Assembly (NCBI GenBank): GCA_025594325.1
Contig: JANHCV010000014.1
Span: forward strand, 868,001-932,000
Reading direction: 5' to 3'
DNA from: Blastocladiella emersonii ATCC 22665
Taxonomy: Eukaryota; Fungi; Blastocladiomycota
Length of the DNA: 64,000 nucleotides
Shown here: piece after piece, positions 12,101 through 25,128 of the stretch
Layout of the letters: every line of letters starts with the position of its first letter
Position numbering within the stretch: position 1 is the stretch's first letter
Position numbers and translations under genes: made by a program
Notes under the pieces: generated by a model
What the model was told of the DNA's origin: nothing
The model's database searches: none
The model's input: only the letters and a program-made list of their open reading frames with translations

Positions 12101-13124
12101 GCTCGGCGAGGACCGGTTCCTCTCGACGCTCATGCTCACGGCGTTCCCCAAGCGGAAGGTACGGCGCGGACCGCGCTGCCGCTCGCGCCTTGGTCGCTGA
12201 CGCCCGGGTGTGTAGATGATGTTCGTCCCGCGCGCCATCTGCCGCACCATCGTCCCGCACACGATGAGCATGCTGCTGTCGCAGCGGCGGCGGTGGATCA
12301 ACTCGACGATCCACAACCTGCTCGAGCTCAGCCTCGCGCGCGAGCTGTGCGGCGTCTTCTGCTTCTCGATGCAGTTCGTCGTCATCATGGAGGTTATCGG
12401 GTCGGTCTCGCTGCCTATCGCCATCGCCATGACCTAGTACGTTCTCCCCGAGTTCGCGGTCCGTGCGCGCGCGGAATCTGACCGTACGGCCGTCGTTGTA
12501 GCTACCTCATCATTATGGCGTTCACGGGTGACGTCCAGGTGATGCCGCTTGTGATGCTGTTCTGCGTGCTTGGCCTGCCCGCGGTCCTCATCATGCTCAC
12601 GACGCGCAAGGTCGAGTACCTCTACTGGATGCTCATCTACCTCGCCGCCCTGCCCATCTGGAACTTTGTGCTCCCCGTCTACGGTACGCTTGACTGGTTT
12701 TGCGGCGGTTGAGAGCGCGACTGACCCGCGGCATCGTCTCGTTCCTAGCGTTCTGGCACTTTGACGACTTCAGCTGGTACGCCTGCTCCATCAACCAACC
12801 CCTCGCACCTCACCCTCCACTCACACTTTTTGGTCGGATAGGGGCGAAACCCGACTCGTCGACGGCGAAGCCAAGCAGCACGACCACAGCAACCGCGAGG
12901 GCGACTTTGACCCGACCAAGATCCCGTTCCTGTCGCTCGACGAGTGGATGCGCCTGCTGTATTCGGGCGGGCCGACCAAGGGCCACTCGCCGCCCATGCC
13001 CGCCACCGACGCGCCGTCCATGTCGTCCGACCTGAAGAAGATGCTCAAGCTCAAGAAGGGGAAGAACCGCGCGCCGGCGCCGGGCGGCGGTGGAGACGGC
13101 GGTGGGGAGCAGGGGCCGAAGTAG
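9103..13124 (+). CDS. CHS3: Chitin synthase, division 2 class IV (Chs3-like), 9 exons
   Basis: Exons 9103-9327, 9390-9429, 9495-11785, 11860-11900, 11969-12158, 12216-12436, 12502-12683, 12749-12776 and 12842-13124 splice in frame. Motifs: [11 protein letters not shown], cytochrome-b5-like segment, [68 protein letters not shown]. No myosin head. Confidence 0.95.
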
Positions 13125-13799
13125 TTGGAGGACCAGCTGATGATAGGCGAATAGAATAGATTGTTGACGTCTTCGTAGCACAGGTCATGCGGCTGCGGAT
13201 GTTCGACGAGAAAGAACATGGTCACGTTAGCGTCAGAACATGCTAACCGCGGGTGTGCGTGTAAATCGAGGGCGGGCAGGCTGTCATGCGACGATCTTGC
13301 GCTCATTCGGGCGTCTGCAGCTCCCAGCCCCAGGAATCAGGAACTAGAGCAGGACGGGTCATAGTCAAGGCTAAAGCAGCAACGTAGGGGAACACTCCAA
13401 CTTGAATCTGACTCATTAAATCATTTTTTGCCCACATTCTTTGTTCGAGCAGAAGGTTATCATCATTTCAAGTTCGTGGTTGAGTTGGATTGAAACCATA
13501 AATCAACAAGCTGCGACTTGGGTGGCGAGATCAGCTTCGGTCAAGCGCGCCGATCGACCAGCGAAGTGCTGCAAGTCGGGGCGATCGGGTGCATGAGTTT
13601 TCATCGATTGCCGGCCCAGCAGCAGAGATGTGGAGCGGATTTAAAAGGAGGGAGGGCTGAAGCTCGGGAGGAGCGCACATGGCGGGACGCGTGTTTGATC
13701 GGACCTTTGAGCGTCACCTGACGCGTTGTCGTCTCTCCCTCCACTTTCTCGATCTTTCCTGCCCGGACTCCACTCCACGCTCCCTGCCTGCCGCTCGTC

Positions 13800-16261
13800 A
13801 TGAAGCCAATGAATAAATCACAACTTAACTCGATGCAACCTCTCGCGGATAACGACAGCACTATATCTATGGCGTCTCTCACGGAAACTGCGGACTGCGA
13901 CGAAGCGCACCTCGCGAGGCTGCCCGACGCACTCGTCACCCTGGTGCTCCAGCTCGCGCAGCCCCGCTCGACGCCTTGTACCGCATCTCGCCTTCTCGTT
14001 ACCTCGGCTCGCGAGCTCTCAATCTACCGCATCTGGGCGCCCGTGGTGCTTCGCCGCCACATCCACCCGGTCCTGCGTGGCGAGTACAAGGTGGCTCGCA
14101 ACACGCGCATCTTCAACGAGCTTGCGTTCATCGTCGACCAAGTCTTCTATAACCGGCTACTCGAGAACCGCGTCAACGACGTCGGTAACCCGGATGCGCA
14201 GCTTCTCCTTGCGCTCATGAAGGGTTTCCTGTACGACCAGCGCCAGCACGCGCGCCGGACCGCTGCGACCTTCGACAAGCAGTTGAAGTGGGCGGTCAAC
14301 GAGTGCTTTTATACTTCCCCAAACGCGGTTGCCGAGCTTGCAAAGCTCCGGCCAGACTATGCCACTCACGCTCACCTCGTCGCGCCTTACCTGATCCTTG
14401 GCGCCGCCGTGCTCATGGACGATGCCGACTTGCTTGAGACCCTGCTCGTCGCTGTCCAACAAGAGCTCCCCGCCGTTTTCGACGTGCGCATGCTGCCAAC
14501 GGCTTGGTGGTGCTTGACGATGCAGGGCGAGCTTTCCCTGGCCGGCTACGGTTCGATTGCGCAAATGGACCCCGAGCTCGAGCGCAGTCTGAAGCCAGCC
14601 CCGCTTCTGGAGCATCTCCTTCTGCTCTCAGCCGTTCTTTGGCGGCCCAACGCTTTCCGCGTGCTCAAGGACCAGCGCTTCGAACTCAGCATTGATTTGT
14701 TGCCGCATGTCTTTGGCAACAACACGATCGCGCCGTTCGCGATTGCGACCCTCACCAAGCAGACTCTCACGCCCAAGGAACTTATGCCCATCGTCGACTG
14801 GCAGCTTCGCACGCGCACGTCCGAGCCGCTCATCACGGCTAGCGGGGCCCACATCATCCATTACCTTCTCGACCCGCTGCCTCGGGATTACATTGGCTAT
14901 GCCGCCCAGCACTTTCCCGCCAGCCTCACCGACAGGCTGGGACCGCGCAATTTCGACGTGATCCGATCCCAGATTATGAAGTGGACCGTTGACGACTTGG
15001 ATCCAGAATTCGTTGCTCTGCTTGACAGTCTCGGTTTGCTCCAAACTGCGGCATGGAAACACCTGCTTTTCAAGGGCCTGTCCGAGGACAACGGGACTGG
15101 TGCCGGCAGCCTGTCAGCGTTTGTGGCGAAGCAACTTGGGCCGCGCCTCCAAGGAGTCCTCGTCGAGGGTACGTTACGTTTGAATGTGACCACCGAACCC
15201 GCCAGATCTCACACAGCTCGTTACGGTAGCATTCAGCACCAGCCTTCTGCTTGCCCACGAGTGCAGCCGTAGCACGGCTAACATCCTGTCTTACGGATGC
15301 TGCCACCTTGATCGCGATCAGTTCGAGGCCACGCTTTCCGACTTTGCGACTGCTCTTCGGAAAGCTCTTTTTATCATGCAGTGCGAGATCAAAGGCCCGA
15401 TTGCTCGCTCGTGCTCTATCTTGCAAGCTTTGAGCCGGATCTTTGGCTCCACAGAGGAGCGCCGGCTGAGCCTGTGGCTCCTCTTCCATCTCGCCAACGA
15501 GTTTCTTGCTATTGCCCGTAAGCCGCGGGTCCAGGACCTGTACAGCATTGCGTGGCTTCCGGCCATCGTTCTCAGTGACCCAGTGACCCGCGACGCCGCT
15601 CTCGCCCAAATCCGCGCCAAGCGCACCACCACCGCGCGTCATCATGCTCAACGGTCTCATCAGCACCAACGTCAAGACGCTCTACTCGCTGCGCGACGAC
15701 GGCGATTCCATGCCCTCAAAGCCCGAGGAGACGCCACACTGCACGCTTGAGGTGCACGCGTCATGGTCCTCGGCCATGGCTGACCTGCACCAGCTGATTC
15801 GCAAAGGCACGGCCTCGACCAACACGGCCATCGTGTGGTTCCCGTCCAACTATGCGCGCACCATCCGTGCGATCGTGCAGGACAAGTCGCATGGTGGACT
15901 TCGCGGCCGCTGCGACAGTGAGCTTGCCCAGAACCCAAACGGCGCCTGCTCGCGGTGCGGCGCCGCGATCGTTCCGCGCGTCGAGAAAGCGCTTCGGTTC
16001 TTGCTTTGCACTGAGCCCGCGGCCGCGCTCGCTGATCTTGGGCCCAACGTCGCGCTCCCGCTCGACTTTTGGGCGCTCGTACCCAGCGGCGGGCTCGACG
16101 GCGTCAAGGACTCCAAGTGGGTCTCGGACATGGCCCGCAGCGCAATCCGCGAGTACGACGTGGGGACCGCGCTGGCCGTGATTCACAAACTTCGCCGCGT
16201 TGCGCCAGTGGCGACCACGAGTTCTGCTGAGTTTCTCGTCGCGACTTTCAAGCTTCTTTGA
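13800..16261 (+). pseudogene. Family copy P1 (F-box-like + novel two-exon family), frameshifted
   Basis: Exon 1 13800-15168, intron 15169-15229 (GTACGT..TAG), exon 2 to 16261. A ~11-nt deletion near 15637 (TTAR-[xFLx]-IMLN in paralogs) shifts the frame. It could also be an assembly indel. Confidence 0.8.
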
Positions 16262-16426
16262 TCAAGCGATGCCCGGGGTGCTTGCGAGAGGCCGCTGAGA
16301 ACGAGCCGCTTGGGCGGGAATATATATACAGTCGAACGCGTCGGGTGAGTGACTCGGATGACACGCGTGGTGAGAGCTATGAGACACGCGAGTCGCTCGC
16401 TCTCCCATAGAGGACACGCAACAACC

Positions 16427-18887
16427 ATGAATCGAATGGATTCGCATCACGACTCTATGCAATCTGTTACTGGCACTGCTGCGGACCATGTTGACCGCGC
16501 GCCTGCGGCTCCATCAGTGGGAACCTCGGATGGACTCGTGGAGCTCGCGGTGCTTGCCGACCCCGTCCTTACGTTGGTCTTACAGCTGTCACGCCCGAGC
16601 TCTGCTGTTTGCGCTGCATCGCGCCTCTTTGTCGCCTTGGCTTGTGACCCGCGACTCGTTCGCATCTGGGCGCCCGTGGTGCTCCGCCGTTTTCTGAATC
16701 CGCGACTGCACGCTCGGTTCTTGCAAAAGCTGAGCGATGTGCATTTACCACGAGTTATTCTACCTCCTCAACCAGGACGGCTTCAACTCGACGCTTGGGC
16801 CTCTCGTTCGTGAACTAGCGAGTCCGGACGCGCAGCTCATGCGCGCGCTCATGACTGGCTTCCTCTTTGACCAGGGCATGCTCGCGCGCAAGCACCCATT
16901 GACCATGGAGAAGCAGTCGGCTTGGGCGCTGTCTGGGATCATTTACGCGTTGGCCGATCCGGCGGGCGACTTGGCCAGAAAGCGACCAAACTATCTCGCA
17001 CTCTCATTTGGCCGCGCCGTTTCTCATTCTCAAGGCCGTTGTGCACATGGACGACGCCGACCTGCTCACGGACCTGTTGGACGCCGTGCAGCGCGACCTC
17101 CCCAGCGTCCTCAAGATGAGCCTTCCGCCGTCGCAGTGGTTCGGCCTCACTTTGGCGGGCGAGATCGAGCTTATGAAGTCCGGCCTGCTGTCGTTTCTGA
17201 CTCCTGAATTCGAGCGCAGACTCGTTCCTAACTCACTGCTCGGATATTTGTGCCTACTTTCGGCCGTGATGTGGCGTCCCAACTCGTTTCGCGTGCTCAG
17301 CGGCCCGCGCTTCCGCATCGACATGAAGCGGCTGGCCCACACTTTCGGAATCAACACGGTCGCGCCTTTGGCACTCTCGGCGCTCCCCGGCCAAACCCTT
17401 TCTGACCCGCCCGCCGAGTACATGCCGATTTTTGACTGGCTGCTGCGTGAGCGCAAGCCCGGCTGCATGTGGTCTCCGCGGAGAATCCATCTGATCAACT
17501 AACTTCTTGCCTCAGCCCCGCGCGACTTTGTACGGTACGCTGCACAGCACCACCCGACGTGTCTCAACGAGGGGATGGAGCCGGGCGACTTGGCGGTGAT
17601 CCGCTCCAGAATCAAGGAGTGGAAGTACGAGGAACTCGATACGGACTTCATTGCCCTTCTCGATGGCTTCGATCTCTTGAGCACGGGCTCGTGGGCGGCT
17701 ATTCTTTCGATTAGTCTGGTTGAGGATGGGGGCACGGGTACCAGCGACGTCTCGGTGTTTGTGGTCGCTCATCTTTGGTCGCGGCTCACACCGGTTCTCG
17801 TGGAAGGTACGCGTGTCGTGGGATGGCTAAAACTCAGCCGTTGACAATACTTGCGCGCTTGCCCCGCGTAGCCTTGCGTATTCATGTCGCTACCAAGCTC
17901 GATAATGGACGCAGCACGACCTCTGTTCTGGCATACGCGCACCGCCAGCTTGGGCATGCGCAGTTTGAGGCTGCGCTCCCTGACTTTGCGGACGCGCTGC
18001 ATAACGCCCTTTCATTTATGCGGTTGCTAGCGGGCAACCCTCAAGCGTTTTCGCAACTTCTCATGCGAACAGTCAGTCGTCTCTTTAGTTGCACCGACGA
18101 GCGCCAGCTTAGCTCGTGGCTTCTATTCCGCTTCGCCAATGAGTTCCTCGCCGTTGTTCGCACAATCGATCTTCGTGACCTTCACGACTTGGGGTGGATC
18201 TTTGTTGTTTGCCTCGGCGATCCCGCGACACGCGAGGGCGCGCTCGCCCAAATTTGCGCCAAAGGCACCAACAAGGCGCGGCGGTTCCTTCATGTGGTTC
18301 TCTGTGGTCTTCTCGAACAGTCTCACAAGTTGCTGTACTCGCCGAACCCGCGCGAGAAGACGGACCGCTGCACGCTCGAGGCACACTCATCATGGACCGC
18401 CGCCATGTACGATTTGCACCGGTTGATCCGCAAGAGCACGGACTCGGTTGACAGCGCTGCAGTCTGGTTTTCGCCGGACATGGCGGACACTGTCCGTGCG
18501 CTTGTGCTGCGCAGAAGTCGCGGCGGTCTCCGCTATCGCTTCGAGGAGGGGCTCGCCGAGGACCCAACCGCAACGTGCTCGCGGTGCGTCGCGGCAGTTC
18601 TCCCGCGGGTTCAGCAAGCGCTCCAATTCTTGCTTTGCGTCGAGCCTGCTGCGACACTCAAGATTTTTGAACCTGATCCGGCGCTCCCGCTCGAATTTTG
18701 GCAACTCGTTCCTGACGGCGCGCTCGATGGCGTCAGGGATGTCGAGTGGGTCAGGAGAATGATTCTCAGCACCAACCGCGATCTTGGCACGACCACGGCG
18801 CGCGTAGTGCTCCGCGAGATTCGACGCTCTGTGCCGAGGGCGGCGACGGGGCCGTTTGAGTCGCTGTTTGCGTCGCTCAAGGTCTAG
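16427..18887 (+). pseudogene. Family copy P2, two frameshifts plus premature TAA
   Basis: Frameshifts near 16735 and 17005. In-frame TAA at 17500-17502 where P8 has TAT (INYLL). Intron 17807-17871. Exon 2 is intact to TAG at 18887. Confidence 0.85.
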
Positions 18888-19174
18888 TGAATGAGCGGCG
18901 CGGGTGGGTAGCGTGGTTGTGATCACCGAGTTTGCGTCAAGGTTTCCAGAGTGTATAATTTTCTGCTTGACGCTGGGTACCTTGAACAAGGCCGTGCGAT
19001 CGCTAGGACGGGTGACAGGTGAGTGCGAAATGAGGCGGGAGGGAAACCGCAGCCAGCCTCGAGTGCCATCAACCTCGAAGATTGGGGCGAAAGCTAACGT
19101 GTCTTCAACTCCCAGTTCATAGCTAATTTGGAGTCTTGCACCGCGAAAGCGCTTCGTGAGACATGAGATGCGAG

Positions 19175-19196
19175 ACGCGTCAATCAATCATGTGAC
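19175..19196 (+). promoter_or_regulatory. Composite ACGCGT (MCB-like) plus ATCATGTGAC (E/M-box-like) element, P3 copy
   Basis: ACGCGTcaatcaATCATGTGAC. Near-identical arrangements occur before P4, the 32307 gene, P8, P9 and P12. Confidence 0.55.
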
Positions 19197-19485
19197 ATGC
19201 ACGTGAGATGACCGACGCGTTGAACGATCGGCACGACCGCTACGTTGCAGCTCGGCTCACTCTCACACGGCTCTGAAAGTGGCGAAAACTTGTGCAAGGT
19301 GTGCTGGGAGCTTCATCTCGCAAATCTGTTGCCGTGGGAAATGGAGCTACCACAGCTCGCGGTGGGAACTGGCGCAATTTTGCGCGCCCCAGCGCAGTTG
19401 CGCTGCGCCCGCAATCTCAAGCTCACCCCCCATTTCTCGGCGCCGAGGCTCGCCCTCTCTCTCTCCAGACGATGCTCAAACAACC

Positions 19486-20905
19486 ATGAATCCGATGGAA
19501 ACACATCACGACTTGGTGCAACGCGATGCGAACAGTGCCTCGAGGCATGATGCCAGCTTGGGCGTCCCCGCCGTCACGTCGTTCAGTTTGCTTCCCGACG
19601 AGGTTGTGACCATGATCTTGCAGCAGGCGCAGCCGCGTTCGGTCACCTGTGCTTCAGCCCGCATTTTGCTCCCCGCCGCACGGGACCCTTCAATTTATCG
19701 CCATTGGCCGCCCGTGGTGCTTCGCCGTTACATCAACCCGCAGCTCACGGCATCTCTTGAGCAACTTCCTTTGGGCTGGGCCCACTCTGATATTGGTATC
19801 GTGGCCTGTCAGTCGGATTGGAATCGGTGCTTGGACTCGCCGCACGCTGGGATCACGGAACCGGACTCGCACGTCCTCTATGTGCTCATGCATGGGTTGA
19901 TCTACGACATCCGTGCCTATGCGAAGCTGCACTCGGAGATATTCCCAAAGGCATTGGAATGGGCCCTTTGTGCTCATGTACAGGGACCAGATGGCGAGTA
20001 CGCCAGGAACCCACCACACTATGCAGTGCATCCGCACCTTGTTTCTCTCCTGATCATCCTTGCCAAAGCCGTGTACATGGACGACACTCACTTACTCGGG
20101 GCGCTGATTGACGCCGCCGAACGAAGCATCCCCGCTCTGTATATTTCCACTTTCCCGCGCCTTTGTGGTGGGTGTTGACGTTTCAGGGTCAGCTATCTTT
20201 TTTCCGACTTCGTTTGACCGCAGAAATGATTGGTTCCATTTTTTGGGTCCCGCTCCTTGGGCAGCTACTGCTTCACACGGCCGTCTCTTGGAGCACCAAG
20301 TTCTTTTACGTTTTCAGCGACCTACGATTCGGCCTTGACGTGTTCTGCCTTCCCCATACGCTCGGCGACAACGTGATTTTGTTCCTCGCGATCAACGAAC
20401 TCGTTGAGCATAAACATCGGCCGTATGTCGAGCTCTTGCCGATCCTTGACTGGCTGTTTCGGGCGCGGAGACCGGGACCAATGCGCACGCCTAACGGAAC
20501 TCATCTTGCAGTTCTCCTAATAGGTCGAGTGCCTTGGGGTTGCTTCGCCTACGTCGCGAATCGGTTCCCAACTTGCCTTACCAAGGGCCTCGAGAAGGAG
20601 GACTTGAACGAAATCTCCTTTGAGGTCCAGACGTGGGACCTCATGGACGAAAATGCCTTTCGCCTCGCCCTGCTGGACAAGTTTGGCTTTCTTGACAACA
20701 CGGCCTGGGGTCACGTCATCTTGTGCGGCCTCGTCCAAGATGAGGGGACTGGCGATGGTGCGCTCTCGCTGTACGCAGCAAGCCGACTTGGACTTGACTT
20801 TGAATATGTGTTCGCCGAAGGTGCGTCAAATGTGACTAGCATCTAATCCCGATCGGCACTTCAACTAACTGGTTGTCTTGAATAGCTCGTCAGCGCGACT
20901 CTTGA
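19486..20905 (+). pseudogene. Family copy P3, frameshifted and missing exon 2
   Basis: Frameshift near 20162. Conserved donor at 20821 and acceptor at 20885, followed by TGA after 6 codons and unrelated sequence. Confidence 0.8.
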
Positions 20906-21218
20906 GTAGCACACTGAGCTCAGCAGCAGATGGCCCTTTCCTTAGGTAAGAATCTTAAGAAAAGTGAGGGGGAGCTGCCTGGGCGCAGCGCTGCCACCGC
21001 GGCGCGTGCGGCGGAGCAAGGCGGAGAAAGGCCGCCCATATCCTTTGAGGTGCCTAGCGTGCGCAGCGGCGGTCGCGCGCGTGAATTGTGCGAGGCGGCG
21101 CGGCCTGAAACGCCCGCGGGCTGGCGCGGCGGCAGCTTGACGCGACTTCGGGCGCCCTGCTCCTTCACGTCACGATGACGCAACACGGCCCGCTTGCCCA
21201 GGGTCCTTCGCCGGTCCT

Positions 21219-22020
21219 TTGCGAAATCCGTGCGCACGGCCACGGCCGCGGTGGTCGCCGCGCGCCCTGCCCCGCTGCCCGCCTCGGTCGCTGGCCACGG
21301 ACATAATAGCCGACCGCGGCCCTCACCCATCTCGCGCTCTTCACCTCGCCCTCGCCCACCACGATGCTCGAGTGGTACATGCCCTCATGGAGTCCCAAAC
21401 GGCGGCCACGCGTGCTGACCACCAACCATGTAGACGTCGCAGCAGGACTCCCTCGCAACCGTGCGCGCTCGCGCCAGGCGTTCTTCACGGTACGCTGCCC
21501 CGCCGCCGACCGCTTGCTCGCCACGACCGCCGGCTAACGGATCGCGTTCTCCTCTGCGTGTAGATGGCTGCCGTGCCGCGACACGTCGCTCGTCTGTCCC
21601 AGCTCGCTCGACCCGCTCGTGATCCTTGACGTACGTCCCCATCTACTCGCGCAAGCTCGCTCTTCGGATCCCCGACTCACCGCTCTCCTCGCCCATCGTC
21701 CTCCAGCACGGCGTCTGCATCGACACGTCCAGGTCCAGGTCGCGATCGTCGCCGCCGTCGTCCTCAACAACCTCGCGAGCGGTCCGCTCGCGCAAGGCGC
21801 GCCATCTTCGGGACGGCCGCTGCCGTTGCGTGTGCGGGTCGCTGCCGCTGGCTGTGCGGGTCGCGGGCGGCGGGGTGGTGCGCGCGCGTGTTGGGCGGGT
21901 GGCCCTGCTCGAGGAGGGACCCTACCCGCGCGAGTGGTGCAGCGGGGGCGGCAGCGGAAGCGCGGGAGCGCGACCCGGTGCGCGCGATCGATCCGCAATC
22001 ATCATGTTTCGGATCCTCAT
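21219..22020 (+). other. GC-rich spliced locus of uncertain coding status
   Basis: Three canonical introns: 21375-21433 (GTACAT/CTGAC/TAG), 21490-21563 (GTACGC/CTAAC/TAG) and 21631-21706 (GTACGT/CTCAC/CAG). Only one frame stays open across them and its product is unrecognised. Confidence 0.35.
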
Positions 22021-22334
22021 GACCGACCTAATCTCGCGCGCGCGCGAGCTGGCGGCGGGATCGCCCGCTCGCGGCACCGGATGGCGGCGTTGCCAAGGGC
22101 TAAGAAAAATAAGAACTTCTTCCTGTTCAAAAAGTGCCTGCTTTTGCCTGTGTTCTCGCTCTAAGAAATGCGCGGTTTGCTGCTGTGGAGCCGGTGGGCG
22201 GGGACGGCGATTCGTTGAGTTTGTGTCTGGTTCCGTGAAGTCCGTAGGGATATTCTCTTCGTGTTCCTTCAAGCTTTGTGCTAGGAAGGCAGGGTGCGAC
22301 CTCCGTGCCGGACAGGGGATCGACGCGGGGAAAG

Positions 22335-22366
22335 ACGCGACAATCAATCATGTGACGGCGACGCGT
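22335..22366 (+). promoter_or_regulatory. Composite element, P4 copy
   Basis: ACGCGAcaatcaATCATGTGACggcgACGCGT, about 70-100 bp before the ATG at 22435. Confidence 0.55.
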
Positions 22367-22434
22367 CGTCAAGCCACTACGCTTCTCACGGCGCGCGTTC
22401 GGCTCGCCCTCTCCGTCGACCCACCCCTGCAGCC

Positions 22435-24833
22435 ATGGATCGAATGAAAGACTCCCCGCACTTAATGCAACATGCTCTCGGCGCTGGCGACGATGCCGAG
22501 ATGCCGATCGTTGCACCACCGGCCGAACTCGCCACGCTTCCGGACATGCTCCTCACGTCGATTCTTCAACTCGCATGCCCTCGCTCGATCTCTTGCATCG
22601 CATCTCGCGCTCTTCTCGGCCCAGCTCGCGAGCTGAGCCTCAACCGCATTTGGGCGCCTGTCGTGCTTCGCCGCTTCATAAACCCTCGGATTCTCGCAAA
22701 TTACAAGGCCATGCGGAGCAACCGCAGATTTTCCGAGACTGCTTTTGTTCTTGACCAGTCCTTTATACTTTCATTCCAAGCGACACCGATCGAGGGAACC
22801 GCGTGGCCCAGTTCGCAGCTCCTGCTCGCGCTCATGAAGGGCTACCTATCTGACATTCGTTGCCGAGCGCAGGGCAACCGTGCAATTTCCCAGGAAGCGA
22901 TCTATTGGGCTATAATGGACTACGTCTGCCCGTTGACGGACGAGCAGCAAGGACTCCAATTCAAAGTCCACCCGCAACTTATTGCACCGCTCTTGATCCT
23001 TGCAGACGCTGTGCGACGGGACAAGCTCGTACTGCTCAAACAGCTGCTTCGTTCTTTCGGCCGAAAAATCCCTGGCATCCTCAAATTTTGCCTACCAGCG
23101 GACGCTTGGCTACATCTTACTATGTCGACCGAGATTCTGGTTCCTCGGCTGCCTCAAAAGGTGGTAGGCCGCGGTGAAATCCCGTTCCTTTCATACCTCC
23201 TCGTCCTTTCCGCGGTCTCGTGGAGCAGCAAATGCTTTCGCTTTCTAAGCGGCCCACGCTTCATACGCGATCCGAGCCTAACAATTGACCTGGAAATGCT
23301 TGCACATGTACTCGGCGATAACACTATAGCCGCGCTTTCCCTCTCACAGCTTGTCCACGAGCATCGGCCTCCCAAAACTCTCAAACCGATTTTTGACTGG
23401 GTCATGTGCACTTGCAAACCGGGTGTCTTGCAAGTTCAAGATGGATTCCACGTCGTAGTCGACTTGGTGCGCGGACCATCTCGGGCCTATCTCCCCTATC
23501 TCGTCGAGCATTATCCCGACCCTATCAAGTTTGGCTTTGATCGTGGTTACAGGACCTTAGCATGGAGCATATTCTCGAAGACGGATCATGAAAATGTTGA
23601 CTTGGCCTTGGTCATGTGCCTCGAAGCGCTCGAGGTTCTCGGCGGTGCCGGGGCTTGGGCTGACGTGCTTTCTATTGGACTACTGCAGGACGAAGGCACT
23701 GGCACTGGTGCAGTTTCAAGGTTAGCTGTTGATCGGCTCGGCCCTCTCCTCAAGGATGCCATCCCGTTGGGTGCGTAGGGAAGGTTAGGGTCAATTGCAG
23801 TAACCCTCTGACCATCGCTTGTTTCGTTAACCATTTAGCGACCGCTTTTGGTTTGAAAGGGTCTCGTGAAGGCCATCACGCCGCAACGAGCGTCCTAATT
23901 TTCGGACTCAGCCAGTTTGGGGGCGCGCAGCTTGAAGCTATGATGCCCCAGATTGCCGAAAATATTTCAGCAAGCTTTCACATTCACCGGGTGATCGGTT
24001 CCAACCTGTCCGCACACACCGCGCTCATGGGCTCTTGTTTCGAGCACCTATTTGCTTGTACCGTGCAGCAGCAGAGCCCGTGGCTTCTCTTCTGCCTCGC
24101 CGACGAGCTGTTTGCCACACTTAAACACCCCGATGTACCAACTCTCGGGGCAGTTGGGCGGGTGCTGGCTGTTGTTTTCGCCAATCCATCGATGCGGGCT
24201 GATGCACTTGACCGCATCAGCAAGAGCGGCACAGCGGCATCGTTCTTCGCATCCATGCTCACAAGCCAGCTCGAGCAGCGCGCGACGCGGTTTCCGGCCA
24301 ACTTGCCCGCGGAAACCGATACCTGCCTTCTCCAGGCCCATGATTCGTGGTTTGAGGCCATGTCCGAGCTCCATCAAATCGCACACAACGCCCAGGCGAC
24401 CGACCCAGCCTCGCTACTCTCCGCGGAAGTGATTTCACTGATCCAGCAGCAAATGCTCAACGGGCCGCAGAACAGCCTTCGCGCACTTCTCGACGCAGAG
24501 CTAGCCAATGCCGCCTGTTGCGGAGCTTGCCCTCGGTGCGGCGCAACGTTGGTCCCGCCGCTCCGCCGCACGTACGAGTTTCTCGCATTGACCGAGCTAC
24601 GCTTGACGCTCGAGGCGGTCCAGACCGGCTCTGTGGTCCCGCTCGCTTTTCGGGAGCTAGTTCCGTCCGGCGCTCTTGACAACGTCAAGGACGCGGCCTG
24701 GATTGCTGACACGGCGCGCAAATCGAAGCACAAGCTCGATGCTGACACGGCGGCGGCTGTCATTCGTGAGCTCCGCCGCGTCGCGCCAGCTGCTTCGAGC
24801 TCGACCGCTTTCAGCGATGCGATCCTCGAGTGA
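22435..24833 (+). CDS. Family copy P4, intact
   Basis: join(22435-23770, 23839-24833). Phase-1 intron GTGCGT..TAG splices in frame with no internal stop. All family motifs are present or closely matched (IWAPVVLRR, CPRC, VPSGALD). Confidence 0.85.
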
Positions 24834-25128
24834 TGCTTGCACGCTCGAAGCTCCATGGCGCGCGGCTGCCTTGATACGGCGGGCCGACCAATATATTTTT
24901 AACCCGATTGCATTTCCAATCATCTGCCTACCACGTACCCGAAGTTAGGTTGAGGGGTTTGGACAAACAATGCGGCCGGAAAACGCGTCGAAACGCGTTG
25001 CGACAGGAGTGACAGGTGATTCAGCTGATGCTCGCCGAGGGCCGAGTTGAGGCGGCGCAGCGGGCGGCCGTCCCGCCGCGGCCGTTCTCCTCCTCCAGTT
25101 GTTTCCCAAAGATGCCCTGTGCTACATC

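Noticed and set aside
12435-12437. Apparent premature TAG in chitin synthase
   Set aside because: It is formed by exon TA plus the G of the donor GTACGT. Splicing gives TAC (Tyr).
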